Shown: positions 10,687 through 20,337, numbered from the stretch's first letter. The stretch: 64,000 bases of DNA from Candidatus Ozemobacteraceae bacterium (GCA_965140445.1 OZ223236.1:160001-224000); one strand, 5' to 3'. Numbers and translations are program-made. Notes: a model not told the origin generated them from the letters alone.

Positions 10687-11709
10687 ATGGGAATTGGTGG
10701 CATCGGGGCTTCAAGCTTTTGCGTGATGCGCGACCAAGTTCAGGGTTTCAAATCTGGGAAGCAAAACATTCAAAAAGAAGACCTGGAAAAAATCCAATGC
10801 GAAATTGGGGCTGGGCAAAGTCAGATTGGCGATATGTTCACCAGAATGCTGGAGTCTTTCGATGAAATAGATACCAATGGTGATGGCATAAGCATAGACA
10901 AACTAAAATCGTTTACAGGGCAAAATGAAGTACATAACCCGAAAGAGTCTGGAATAAAGCTCTTTTCCCTTTTTCAGGATGATGAAAGCAGTGGAGTAAC
11001 TAAAGAAGAATTACAAGACCTTACCGCAAGCATGGAAAGCAGTGGAATGAATATTCCAGGTAAACTTCAGCATATTATTGCATCTTTCGACTCTTTTGAT
11101 ACAAACAGCGATGGAACGTTGTCTAAATCAGAGATGAAAGATGGAATGCATGCTGAGAAACATGACAAAATGCGCCCGCCTCGACCTCCAAAAGGCGCAT
11201 CAAAAGAAGAACTGGAGGGACTTGCCAGCGAAATCGAAAATCTGGGAATTGAGATTCCAGACAAATTAAGCAGCATGATCGAATCGTTCGATTCTTTTGA
11301 TACAGACGGAGATGGATTGCTTACGAAGCAAGAAATTGAAACATCTATGAATGGAGGAACTGAAATTCAGGCAAAAACAATAGGCGTAACCAAAGAAGAG
11401 CTAGAGAGTATTGCTTCAAAAATTGGGTCTACTGGCATTGAAATTCCAAATCAACTTAGCAGTATGATTGAATCCTTTGACTCGTTAGATACAAATAAAG
11501 ATGGACAGGTAACTCATCAAGAAATGATGGCTGCATTGAAAGAAGCGAAGGAAAATATTGGAGTTGAAAACGAAGATAGCGATTTTCTCAAACAATTTAA
11601 TGAAAGTTCTCATGAACGCAAAACTAGAATTGCAGAAAACTTCTTTAATGAAAAAATTAATGCATACTCAATGTTTTCGCAAAAATCCACTTCTGCAAAC
11701 ACCCAATGA
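10687..11709 (+). CDS. EF-hand repeat calcium-binding protein
   Basis: Loops DTNGDG, DTNSDGTLSKSE, DTDGDGLLTKQE and DTNKDGQVTHQE sit in repeated KE(E/D)L...ESFD units. RBS AAGGAG precedes ATG 10687. Confidence 0.85.
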   Translation: MGIGGIGASSFCVMRDQVQGFKSGKQNIQKEDLEKIQCEIGAGQSQIGDMFTRMLESFDEIDTNGDGISIDKLKSFTGQNEVHNPKESGIKLFSLFQDDESSGVTKEELQDLTASMESSGMNIPGKLQHIIASFDSFDTNSDGTLSKSEMKDGMHAEKHDKMRPPRPPKGASKEELEGLASEIENLGIEIPDKLSSMIESFDSFDTDGDGLLTKQEIETSMNGGTEIQAKTIGVTKEELESIASKIGSTGIEIPNQLSSMIESFDSLDTNKDGQVTHQEMMAALKEAKENIGVENEDSDFLKQFNESSHERKTRIAENFFNEKINAYSMFSQKSTSANTQ

Positions 11710-11894
11710 ATAAACCTTTTCCAATCTTAGAAAATATCTAAAACTGGTTCAAAAAACTGGGACTGAAAAATAAGGCAAAAACTCTGATGTAAAAATTTTC
11801 TTTAGGACCGAAGGATTGGCTCCGAAATAGGCAATTTCAGACAATAAACTGAAATAAAATGGATTTAGCCTGGATTAATATTAAAGGTAATAAT

Positions 11895-12416
11895 ATGAGC
11901 ATTAATTCAGTCGGAAGAACATCTTCCATTTCTTTATCAACAAGAACTAGCCAAACGTTAAGTGAAGAACAAAAAACCAAATTAACTGAAATTCTTTCAA
12001 AATACGACTCTTCAAATGTTTCAAAAGAAGACGCTCAGTCTATTGCAGAAGAATTAAAAGGTGCGGGAATCGGCCCTGGCAGAGCAACTTCAGACGCTCT
12101 AAAATCTGCAGGATTCGAAATGGAAAAAATGAGACCAGAAGGGCCACCGACTGGCGGAATGAAGGGAAAACCTCCAGCAGGGGCAAAACCTCCTGGAGGA
12201 AAAGGACCGGAGGGTGTGGGCGGCGGCAAGCCACCAGAGAGGGCAGATGCAAGTAGCTCTGGTTCAATTGATGCCGAATCATTGCAAACCCTAAAAGACA
12301 TATTAGATCAATATGATCTAAACAACCTATCAGATGATGAACAAGAAAGCCTTTTTTCACAGCTTCAAAGCGCAGGACTAATAGAATCGGGAATGCTATT
12401 TGATACAAAAGCATAA
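11895..12416 (+). CDS. Hypothetical protein: two helical repeats around a Gly/Pro/Lys linker
   Basis: LTEILSKYDSSNVSKEDAQSIAEELKGAGI resembles LKDILDQYDLNNLSDDEQESLFSQLQSAGL. Start at ATG 11895 after AAAGGT. Confidence 0.75.
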   Translation: MSINSVGRTSSISLSTRTSQTLSEEQKTKLTEILSKYDSSNVSKEDAQSIAEELKGAGIGPGRATSDALKSAGFEMEKMRPEGPPTGGMKGKPPAGAKPPGGKGPEGVGGGKPPERADASSSGSIDAESLQTLKDILDQYDLNNLSDDEQESLFSQLQSAGLIESGMLFDTKA

Positions 12417-12451
12417 ATCTCATTAGTTCATTTTATTTCCCTTAAATTTTC

Positions 12452-12483
12452 AGGAGGCCCTATTAGACGGGGGCCTCCTTTTT
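12452..12483 (+). terminator. Rho-independent terminator
   Basis: AGGAGGCCC / GGGCCTCCT stem plus T-tract. Confidence 0.8.
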
Positions 12484-12540
12484 AAATCCCATGAATAATT
12501 ATTTGTATCAATGCGTAGTTGTATGCTATTATCAGCCATC

Positions 12541-12762
12541 ATGAGCTTCTATTTTGTTGTTCCAATTTATCTAACTCTGGTTTTTGTGGTTTCATATCTC
12601 CTAGTACATATGTTGCTTGGATTCTTTGACAAGCTTAACTTTTTCTGGGACTGGTGGGATAGCAAACGAAAGGCTATACCAGCTCTTGTCGCTATTGAAC
12701 TCTTATATTTCGCAGGCATTCTTTACTACATTGTATATTGGGAACTTTCTGGAAGCGTTTGA
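12541..12762 (+). CDS. Small two-TM membrane protein
   Basis: Two hydrophobic helices. Start moved to ATG 12541, 8 nt after a TGnTATTAT box. Confidence 0.6.
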   Translation: MSFYFVVPIYLTLVFVVSYLLVHMLLGFFDKLNFFWDWWDSKRKAIPALVAIELLYFAGILYYIVYWELSGSV

Positions 12763-12840
12763 TTTTCAGCTTTTTGTTTAAACAATAAAACTGTCTTTGA
12801 TTGACTTAATAAATTCGAAAATTGTATTCCTTTTAGCTAT

Positions 12841-14565
12841 ATGGAAAACTTAAATTTCATCCCTCTAATCTTCGTAGTTATTGGCGCAATAATTGGAAGT
12901 CTGGCCGGGAAAAAAATACTAAATAACCTTCAATTTCGACTTGGAAAAGGACTTTACGTCGGTGCATTTCCTATAATTGGAGCGATAATCGGTTGTTTCA
13001 TTTCTTCGCCAGGAAGTTTTTCCTTAAGCCATATTTCCCTCTTTCTGGTCACCATTCTCTTATCCATTTTAGGATTTATACGTGATTATTTTCGAACCCC
13101 TCAAAAGGTATTGCTCCCATATGAGATTCTGGCAATAATAATTGGAGTTTTTGCAGGGATTGTATATCCTCACTCTAATAGAACAATTGAGGTTCTTCTT
13201 TCAGTTCTCTGGCCAATAACGATCATTCTTTCACTGAAAATCTCTGCAATCGTTTACGAAATGCCTTTTATTCTTGCCTCCGGGTCAGGGTTAGCTTTTA
13301 TCCTGTTCTTTTCAGGTCAATTAACAGTGACACAGGGAACCATTATCCAGTGCTATACAGTTTTAATTCCTGCAATTCTCGCCATATTATTTACTGCCAG
13401 CACTAAGAAAAGAATACTTTTTGGCAACAGTGGAATTAACGCTATTGGTGCCTTAGTAGCAGGAATTTCCATGATAGGAAAGTCCAAAACTCTTCTTTTG
13501 TTCGGACTGCTCGTTCCTTCAATGGTGATATTTTTCCCATTTGCATTAATTTCATTAATGATTGCTTCCTCATATTTTGGCAATAAGCTACATAGCTCCA
13601 CAGAAAAATCCGGGGCCAGGTTCAAATGGACGCTCCAAAGAGAAAAATTGGTTGTTTTTTCTGGTCAGATATTCCTTTGCCTGAATTTCTTGCTTATCCT
13701 TGTTGCCCTAAGTGCGCCAACATTTGGATATGTTGCTCTATTTCTATTATTAATTGGCTCACTTTGGAGCTTTTTTAGAACCTTTGCAAGCAAGGATTTT
13801 AACGGCGAAGAAGGCACATATGAGCAAATTGATATACTCGGCTGTTCAGTCGATGCATTAACGCCATCTCAGGTTGTAGAAAAACTTAGCAACTACCTTA
13901 ATTCCGACATGGATTCTGATCTTTTTCATATTGTAACTGCCGATTCACTGGCTTTTGTAAGATGTAATAAAGAACCAGATTTTTTTAACATCCTTCAGAA
14001 TGCCGAAATGGTTGTTCCCGATGGCGCAGGATTGATCTGGGCAGCCGATTTTATGGGAACCCCACTTCCTTCAAGAGTTCCAGGCGTTGCCCTTGTCAGT
14101 CAAATTTGCGAAAAAGCGGCAAATGAAGATTGGAAAGTATTTTTGATCGGCGGGAAACCCGGAGTGGCAAAAATGGCAGCCGAAAAACTACTTCAGTCAT
14201 ACCCCAAATTGAATCTTGCAGGAATTCAGCATGGATATTTTCAAACAAATACCAAAGAAGAAGAAAATATTTTAAAAAACATACTGGAATCTAAACCCAA
14301 AGTAATTTTTGTGGCTTTGGGAGTCCCCAAGCAGGAAGAATTCATTCTTAAGCTCAGAACTTCTTTAAAAAATTGTGTTGCGATGGGAGTTGGCGGAAGC
14401 TTTGATGTAATAGCCGGAAACATCCCCAGAGCACCGGTCTGGATGCAAAACTTTGGCATTGAATGGCTATTCAGACTATATAAGGAACCATTTAGATTTT
14501 GGAGAATTCTTGAAATTCCAAGATTTGTTTTGCAGATATTAAGACACAAGATGAACCAGGCTTAA
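12841..14565 (+). CDS. WecB/TagA/CpsF glycosyltransferase fused to a degenerate MraY/TagO-like membrane domain
   Basis: C-terminal motifs VVPDGAG, RVPGV, HGYF, VALGVPKQE, GVGGSFD and RAP.WMQ..G.EWLFRL..EP.R. N-terminal domain has about 10 TM segments. Confidence 0.85.
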   Translation: MENLNFIPLIFVVIGAIIGSLAGKKILNNLQFRLGKGLYVGAFPIIGAIIGCFISSPGSFSLSHISLFLVTILLSILGFIRDYFRTPQKVLLPYEILAIIIGVFAGIVYPHSNRTIEVLLSVLWPITIILSLKISAIVYEMPFILASGSGLAFILFFSGQLTVTQGTIIQCYTVLIPAILAILFTASTKKRILFGNSGINAIGALVAGISMIGKSKTLLLFGLLVPSMVIFFPFALISLMIASSYFGNKLHSSTEKSGARFKWTLQREKLVVFSGQIFLCLNFLLILVALSAPTFGYVALFLLLIGSLWSFFRTFASKDFNGEEGTYEQIDILGCSVDALTPSQVVEKLSNYLNSDMDSDLFHIVTADSLAFVRCNKEPDFFNILQNAEMVVPDGAGLIWAADFMGTPLPSRVPGVALVSQICEKAANEDWKVFLIGGKPGVAKMAAEKLLQSYPKLNLAGIQHGYFQTNTKEEENILKNILESKPKVIFVALGVPKQEEFILKLRTSLKNCVAMGVGGSFDVIAGNIPRAPVWMQNFGIEWLFRLYKEPFRFWRILEIPRFVLQILRHKMNQA

Positions 14566-14567
14566 AA

Positions 14568-14603
14568 AAAGAGCTGGAGATTATCACAAATCTCCAGCTC
14601 TTT
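14568..14603. terminator. Bidirectional terminator between convergent genes
   Basis: AAAGAGCTGGAGATT / AATCTCCAGCTCTTT perfect stem. Confidence 0.85.
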
Positions 14604-14626
14604 CGCATTACTTGAATATAAGTAAA

Positions 14627-15568
14627 TTAGTTTTTGGTTTGAGCTTTTGCCCTTTCTCCAAGTTTTTCCATCAGATTTACAAATTCATCAGCTGGAACTT
14701 TCATAATGACTCTTGCAAGAGTTCCTTTAGCCTGAACTTTAGCCATTTTCAAAAGCTTAAGCATTTCAGGGCTTCCTGCAGTCCAACCTCTCATGGCATC
14801 CAGCAAGTTGGTCAATCCGCTTTCAAGTGCAGCGAGCTGTTCCGCCTTTTCTACCTGGCCAGTAAAGTTGAATGTAAAAAACTTGCCATAGTTCATGCTG
14901 AAAAATGCACTTTGAATCTCTTTTAAGGTAGAAGCAACAACATTTGTCTGAGGTTTGGCCCAGTTATCTGTAGAAGGCAGCATAGCTCCCCATAAGCCCG
15001 CTCTGGTGTCCATTTTTTTCATAAGGCTTGCAAAACTCTTATTAGTAGCCAGACTCTTGGCTGTGCCGTTTTTAACTTTCAATAGATCTTCAAGAATAGA
15101 TACTTCTCCAAAGGCAACAGTGTTTTTATCAACAAAAACTACGTTTGATGATTTATTGGCTATATTTTTTACTGCCTGAAAGCCAAGCATATCTTCAATC
15201 TTAATCTTTTTAGCAACTTCAGAATCAGATTGAATCAATTCTGAGATCTTATCGGTATTAAACGTTCCGTTAACCACTATGCACGCTTTTTCACCTGAAT
15301 TCAAAAACAACATAACGTTGCTGATATCTTTTATTGGATCAATGCCTGCTCTAGTATAAAAATTACTGAAATTATCGTCTTTTAGACTAACCATTTTTTG
15401 GGCAGCGGCTTTCAAGTCAGGTTGCTGCATAATTCTTCCGAGATTAAAATTAACCACAAGATAAGAACTATCTGGAACAATAGTTAACAATGAAGCTGCA
15501 TTCAGCTGAAACGCAGACATGGCAAAAACTAGTAAAATAGCACACATCACTCTAAATTGGATTCTCAT
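14627..15568 (-). CDS. Secreted hypothetical protein
   Basis: Signal peptide, RBS AGGAG and a 313-aa ORF. Upstream TTGACT-17-TAATAT box (15639-15611). Confidence 0.75.
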   Translation of the reverse strand: MRIQFRVMCAILLVFAMSAFQLNAASLLTIVPDSSYLVVNFNLGRIMQQPDLKAAAQKMVSLKDDNFSNFYTRAGIDPIKDISNVMLFLNSGEKACIVVNGTFNTDKISELIQSDSEVAKKIKIEDMLGFQAVKNIANKSSNVVFVDKNTVAFGEVSILEDLLKVKNGTAKSLATNKSFASLMKKMDTRAGLWGAMLPSTDNWAKPQTNVVASTLKEIQSAFFSMNYGKFFTFNFTGQVEKAEQLAALESGLTNLLDAMRGWTAGSPEMLKLLKMAKVQAKGTLARVIMKVPADEFVNLMEKLGERAKAQTKN

Positions 15569-15660
15569 AATTCACTCCTACTCTACAATCAAAAGAATTG
15601 GTCACATTTGATATTAATTTAAATGCTAATACAAGTCAATCCACCCTAAATGGCCTAAAA

Positions 15661-15690
15661 TGAAAAAACCGGGCCGTAGCCCGGTTTTCA
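15661..15690 (-). terminator. Terminator after SLH-porin 2
   Basis: AAAACCGGGC / GCCCGGTTTT stem with U-tract. Confidence 0.85.
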
Positions 15691-15700
15691 TTAACAAATA

Positions 15701-17584
15701 CTAGAACTTGCTGTATAGTTCTGCCCAGAAAAGGTTGTAATCATAATCATTATTGAGACCACGACCACCACTAATTTTAGGGGTAGGACCATTGAGTTTC
15801 TGAGCATCGCCACTAATATCAAAATTTGTATAGCAAACTCTGAGATGCATCGCTTTTGAAAGCTGATATCTATATTCAAAAGTAAGAACCATAGCTTTTG
15901 GATCAGAAATCATTAAGCTGTTGAATCTATCATAAACAGTATTGGTTTTGTTGAAACCAGCAGGAATAGCACCTGTTGTGTGCCCAGCTGCAAGTTTTGC
16001 CATATCGTTGTTTACAGTATCATCAAGTTCATCAAGCCAATCGCCAGCGAGTCTGAAATAATGCTTAGTTCCCTGAGGTTTGTATTCAACCTGGAGTTTG
16101 AGATCATACATATTAGTAAGACCATTGTTGAACCATGAGTTTCCTCTTGAGATATCTTCGTAAGGAGTTTCAGGAATGCTGAGATATCTGAGATTGTTCA
16201 AAATTGCATATGGTCCAACGTTTTCGTCATCACCAGAAGTATAGCTAATTTTAGCTTTCCAATCTTTTTTCTGATCCCAGTTAATGGCGCCATGAGTCAT
16301 CCAACCCTGCATTTCAGGCTGAATATAGTTTGGCAAAGCAGCAGTTTTTGTGTATTCGGCACTATAATCTGTATACACAAGACCAAGATCATAAGTAAAA
16401 TGACCACATTTTCCTAATGGACCGCGGCTACCAAATTCAGCATCCCATCTGCTATCTTCTTTTTGCTGACCGGCAACAGTTGTAGAATTACCAAGAGTTC
16501 TTGCAGTGAGAAGGCCTGTTGGAACATATCTTCTGTTAATAAGATTTGGTTCATCCTGCCAATAGAGGTTCAAATAAGTTTTATGACCATGGAAATCAGC
16601 TTTCATATTAACGTTCCATACATTACGGAAGTCAACAGCAGCATCATCTTTGTAGTTTCCGGTGTGTCTGTCATATATAGATTGGAATTCAAAATTTACG
16701 CGGCCATATCTTTTTTCATATCTAACAGCATCAATATAATCAGCCATAACCATAAGGTGACCTGTAAAATAATAGGTTCTACCAAGAATTACAGTGCCAT
16801 TTGATTTCATGAAGTTCTTTGATTTCAAATATGCATAGTTAATAAAACCATCAGCAACCTTAGCGTTACTTCCAATTCCGCCAATACCAAAGATTCCATT
16901 ACCATTGCTTGCAGCTCTTCCAGCAACAGATGGACTACTTTGATTTGAAATTACGTATCTTGCTGTAACAGTTGTATTTTCATCAACCTGAGCATCAAAT
17001 TTAAGTCTAAACTGCATTTCTGAGAAAACGTTATTACTGTTACCAGCTCTTGCTGTTGCTGTAAGTGGATTAAGCGCCCAATCATTTTTGTGGATAATGC
17101 TAGTATGTCTTACAAGAATGTCGCCGCTAAGTTTAACTTTTTCAAATCCGCCTTTTTCAACGTAATCCTTGATTTCGTTAACATCAGCTTTAAGAATGCT
17201 TACATCTTCTTTTACTACCTGCATATCATCTTCAAGTGAAGTAACTTTTACACCGAGAAGAGCAAGTTCATCTGCAAATTCTACAGTAAGTTTTTCAAGA
17301 GTCTGAAGATCATCTTTGGTTACAAGGTTTGTTCCAAGACCTGATTCCATCATCTGCTCTACATGAGCCAACATTTTAGCTGTAGCAACAGCAACATCAA
17401 ATCTAGTTACCGTATTGGTACCTTTAAAAGAACCATCAGGATAACCTACCAGAATGCCATTTTTTGAAAGTTTCTCAAGAGCGGCCATTGCCCAATGAGT
17501 GCTTTTGACATCAGTAAAAGGAGCCGCTACAAGCGACGAACAACAAAAACAAACAAGTACAAATAACAACGTAAATCTTTTCAT
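15701..17584 (-). CDS. OmpM-type outer-membrane protein (SLH, coiled-coil stalk, beta-barrel), copy 2
   Basis: Signal peptide; SLH motif PFTDV..HWA...GILVGYPDGSFKG...TRFD; stalk LEKLTVEFADELALLGVKV; amphipathic strands; C-terminal ELYSKF beta-signal. Confidence 0.9.
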   Translation of the reverse strand: MKRFTLLFVLVCFCCSSLVAAPFTDVKSTHWAMAALEKLSKNGILVGYPDGSFKGTNTVTRFDVAVATAKMLAHVEQMMESGLGTNLVTKDDLQTLEKLTVEFADELALLGVKVTSLEDDMQVVKEDVSILKADVNEIKDYVEKGGFEKVKLSGDILVRHTSIIHKNDWALNPLTATARAGNSNNVFSEMQFRLKFDAQVDENTTVTARYVISNQSSPSVAGRAASNGNGIFGIGGIGSNAKVADGFINYAYLKSKNFMKSNGTVILGRTYYFTGHLMVMADYIDAVRYEKRYGRVNFEFQSIYDRHTGNYKDDAAVDFRNVWNVNMKADFHGHKTYLNLYWQDEPNLINRRYVPTGLLTARTLGNSTTVAGQQKEDSRWDAEFGSRGPLGKCGHFTYDLGLVYTDYSAEYTKTAALPNYIQPEMQGWMTHGAINWDQKKDWKAKISYTSGDDENVGPYAILNNLRYLSIPETPYEDISRGNSWFNNGLTNMYDLKLQVEYKPQGTKHYFRLAGDWLDELDDTVNNDMAKLAAGHTTGAIPAGFNKTNTVYDRFNSLMISDPKAMVLTFEYRYQLSKAMHLRVCYTNFDISGDAQKLNGPTPKISGGRGLNNDYDYNLFWAELYSKF

Positions 17585-17641
17585 CTTACAACCTTATTTT
17601 ACGAATTTTCTCCCACCGCAGATCTTATGTTGCGGCAAAAT

Positions 17642-17670
17642 ATGGTAAAAAAGATGTACCCTGTTGTCAA
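17642..17670 (-). promoter_or_regulatory. sigma70 promoter of SLH-porin 2
   Basis: TTGACA-17-TACCAT. A second candidate, TTGATT-17-TATTAT, lies at 17799-17771. Confidence 0.7.
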
Positions 17671-18043
17671 CTAAGTTTTTTTGTGTTTTTTTTCATTCCC
17701 TCCAAGATCCCTTTAAAAAAAGAATCTTAAAGCAATTTATTTTTTCACCCACAAGCAAAAATATTACCTTATAATACCAAGTAATAAATTTTAAATCAAC
17801 AACTTTCATTATTTTAGATAAAAACAAATTGCTAGTTCTTATTTAAATTCTCGTTTCATTAAATTTTAAATCTACATTCCTTAATACTTAAATTTTCACT
17901 AAACTTGCTCAATATGAGCTGAACAAATTTAACCAACCTTTGGTTTAAACAAATTGCGGTTGCCAAAGTTTATTTTCCTTTCAATTTAAGCAATATGGTC
18001 AACTAGTCTAAACATTGAATTTTTTGAAAACCTCTAAAAGAGA

Positions 18044-18073
18044 AAAGCGGTCGGGCCTAAGCCCGACCGCTTT
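18044..18073 (-). terminator. Strong terminator after SLH-porin 1
   Basis: AAAGCGGTCGGGC / GCCCGACCGCTTT perfect stem. Confidence 0.9.
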
Positions 18074-18101
18074 AATTGTGCGATTTATCTACGAGTTCAA
18101 A

Positions 18102-20044
18102 TTAGAACTGGCTGTAGATTTCTGCCCAGAACATGTTGTAGTCATAGTCTGCGTTGAGACCACGGCCAGCACTGATTTTCTGAGTAGCGCCGATAGCTTT
18201 CTGTGCATTTCCAGTAAGATCGAACTGAGTGTAACCAACTCTGATCTTAGTGTTTTCTGCAAGCTGATAGCGATATTCAAAAGTGATAACCATAGCTTCT
18301 GCATCTGCAACACCGAGGTTGTTCCAAGAATCATAAGCAGTGTTAGTTTTAACAGCTGGAACAGCAGCGTTAGTGAGACCAGCACCAGCGATGTGACGAG
18401 TCATATCGTTAACAGCTGAATCTTTCATTTCGTCCATCCAGTCGCCTGCAAGTCTGAAATAATGTTTGCTGTTTCTTGGTCTGTATTCTGCCTGGAGTTT
18501 AAGATCATACATGTTAGTAAGACCATTGCGGAAGTATACGTTACCACGGCTGATATCTTCATAAGGAGTTTCGATACCATCCTGATATCTCTGATCGTTA
18601 TCAAGAGCATATCCACCGATTGATTCGTCATCAGCAAAAGTGTAGCTAAGTTTTGCAGCCCACTCACGTTTGCTATCCCATTTTACTGCAGCGTGACCCA
18701 TCCAACCTTTAAGGTCTGGAGAAATCCAAGGGTTAGCAGCTGTAGCAGCAGTGTTTACTACGTCAAGTTCATAGTTAGTGTATACGAAACCAAGGTCATA
18801 ATCCCAATGTCCGTTAGCACCGATTGGGCCTTTTGAACCGAATTCTACGTCCCAACGTTTGTCGCTGCTCTGAGTTCCAGCTGCAAGAGGAGTAGCTGAG
18901 TTTACAACTGCACCATTAGTAGCCATGAAAGGAGCTGTAGCGGCTGCGAAGAGAGGAGTAATTCTTCTCTGAGCGAGGAGGTTTGGTTCATCCTGCATGT
19001 AGAAGTTCAAATAGAGATCGTGGTCTCTGTATTTTGTAGCAAGGTTCATGTTCCATACGTTGCGGAAATCAACTGCTGCGTTATCTTTGTAGTTACCAAC
19101 GTGTCTATCATAGATAGCCTGGAATACTACGTCGATGTCGCCACTTCTTTTGTAATATCTGATAGCGTCAACATAGTCATTAAGGAGCATGCCATGACCA
19201 GCTGTGTAGAAGTTTCTACCGAAAGTGAAGTCGCCACCGAAACGGAACATATCTTTGATATGTAAGTAAGCAAGGTCAACAACTCTGTCAGTTACAGTGT
19301 TAACACCGATTCCAGCAGAACCGAAAGCGCCGCCCATTGCAGACTGGCCACCGTTAACGTTGTCGAGATTTTTTGCGAAGAGACTCCAGCGAGCTACTGC
19401 AGTGATGTTTTCATCAATGTGAGCTTTGAACTTGAATCTGATCTGGCTTTCTGTGAGAGAGTTGTTGCTGTTACCAGCGTTAACTCTTGCAGTTGCTGGA
19501 GCTCCGGCTACGGCCGAATCCAAAAGGAACGTTCCAGTCATTTTTATGAGTAAGGCTAGTATGTCTTACAAGCATATCGCCTGAAAGTTTTACTTTTTCC
19601 ATTCCGCCCTTAGCCATGTAATCTTTGATTCCTTCTACGTCTCTCTTGAGCATAGAAACATCTTCTTTTACAACCTGCATATCGTCTTCGAGAGCAGTTA
19701 CTTTCACGCCGAGGAGTGCAAGTTCGTCTGCGAATTCAACAGTAAGTTTTTCAAGAGTCTGGAGGTCAGACTTAGTTACAAGGTTAGTGCCGATACCAGA
19801 TTCCATCATCTGTTCAACATTAGCGAGCATTTTAGCTGTGATCATAGCAAGAGCATAACGAGTTACAGCTTTGCGGCCTTTGAATGTTCCATCAGGGAAG
19901 CCCTGAAGAATGCCTTTAGCGGCAAGTTTGTTCACTGCATCATATGCCCAGTGTGAGAAAGGTACATCTGAAAAAGGATTAGCGGAAGCAGCTATAAGTT
20001 GTAAGAAGCATAGCAGCTACGAGAAGGATTGATAGACGTTTCAT
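18102..20044 (-). pseudogene. OmpM-type SLH-porin, copy 1, split by two frameshifts (probably sequence errors)
   Basis: ATG 20044 with RBS AAGGGG starts signal peptide MKRLSILLVAAMLLTT. The frame shifts near 19997 into AASANPFSDVPFSHWAYDAV and again near 19515. Removing two bases gives one 646-aa ORF paralogous to 15701-17584 and ending EIYSQF. Confidence 0.85.
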
Positions 20045-20308
20045 AAATATTCCCCTTATAGGTTTTTAAATTAAAATTCGAGTCGGGGTTCGTCCATACT
20101 TTTGATTTCTTCCTACTTCTTGTCCGCCGTTTTCACTGAAGTATCCATGTTGCCTTTTCGTGTCTACGGTTAACATTTTTCGGTTTCAACCAGGTTCTGG
20201 TTTTCGCCCCTCTAAGTCTTAAGGCTTACGCTTTCAGGCTACCTACTTGAGTTACACCTCCTTTAATGACACCTGTCAGGTAGTTTTCGCCTAAGGCTCA
20301 GTTGCAGA

Positions 20309-20337
20309 AGTATATGCAAAGAAAAAACTATAGTCAA
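20309..20337 (-). promoter_or_regulatory. Near-consensus sigma70 promoter of SLH-porin 1
   Basis: TTGACT-17-TATACT, implying a 5' leader of about 260 nt. Confidence 0.75.

Noticed and set aside
11710..11894. c-di-GMP-I riboswitch or second sigma28 promoter
   Set aside because: GGCAAA is present but the GAAA-loop and receptor architecture is not. The best sigma28 match (TTAG-N15-TCCGAAAT) is weak.
17950..17970. sigma54-like TGGCA on the minus strand
   Set aside because: No GC at the -12 position.
17700..18040. Very AT-rich spacer as replication origin or foreign DNA
   Set aside because: No DnaA-box cluster, repeats or mobile genes seen; explained as porin promoter region.
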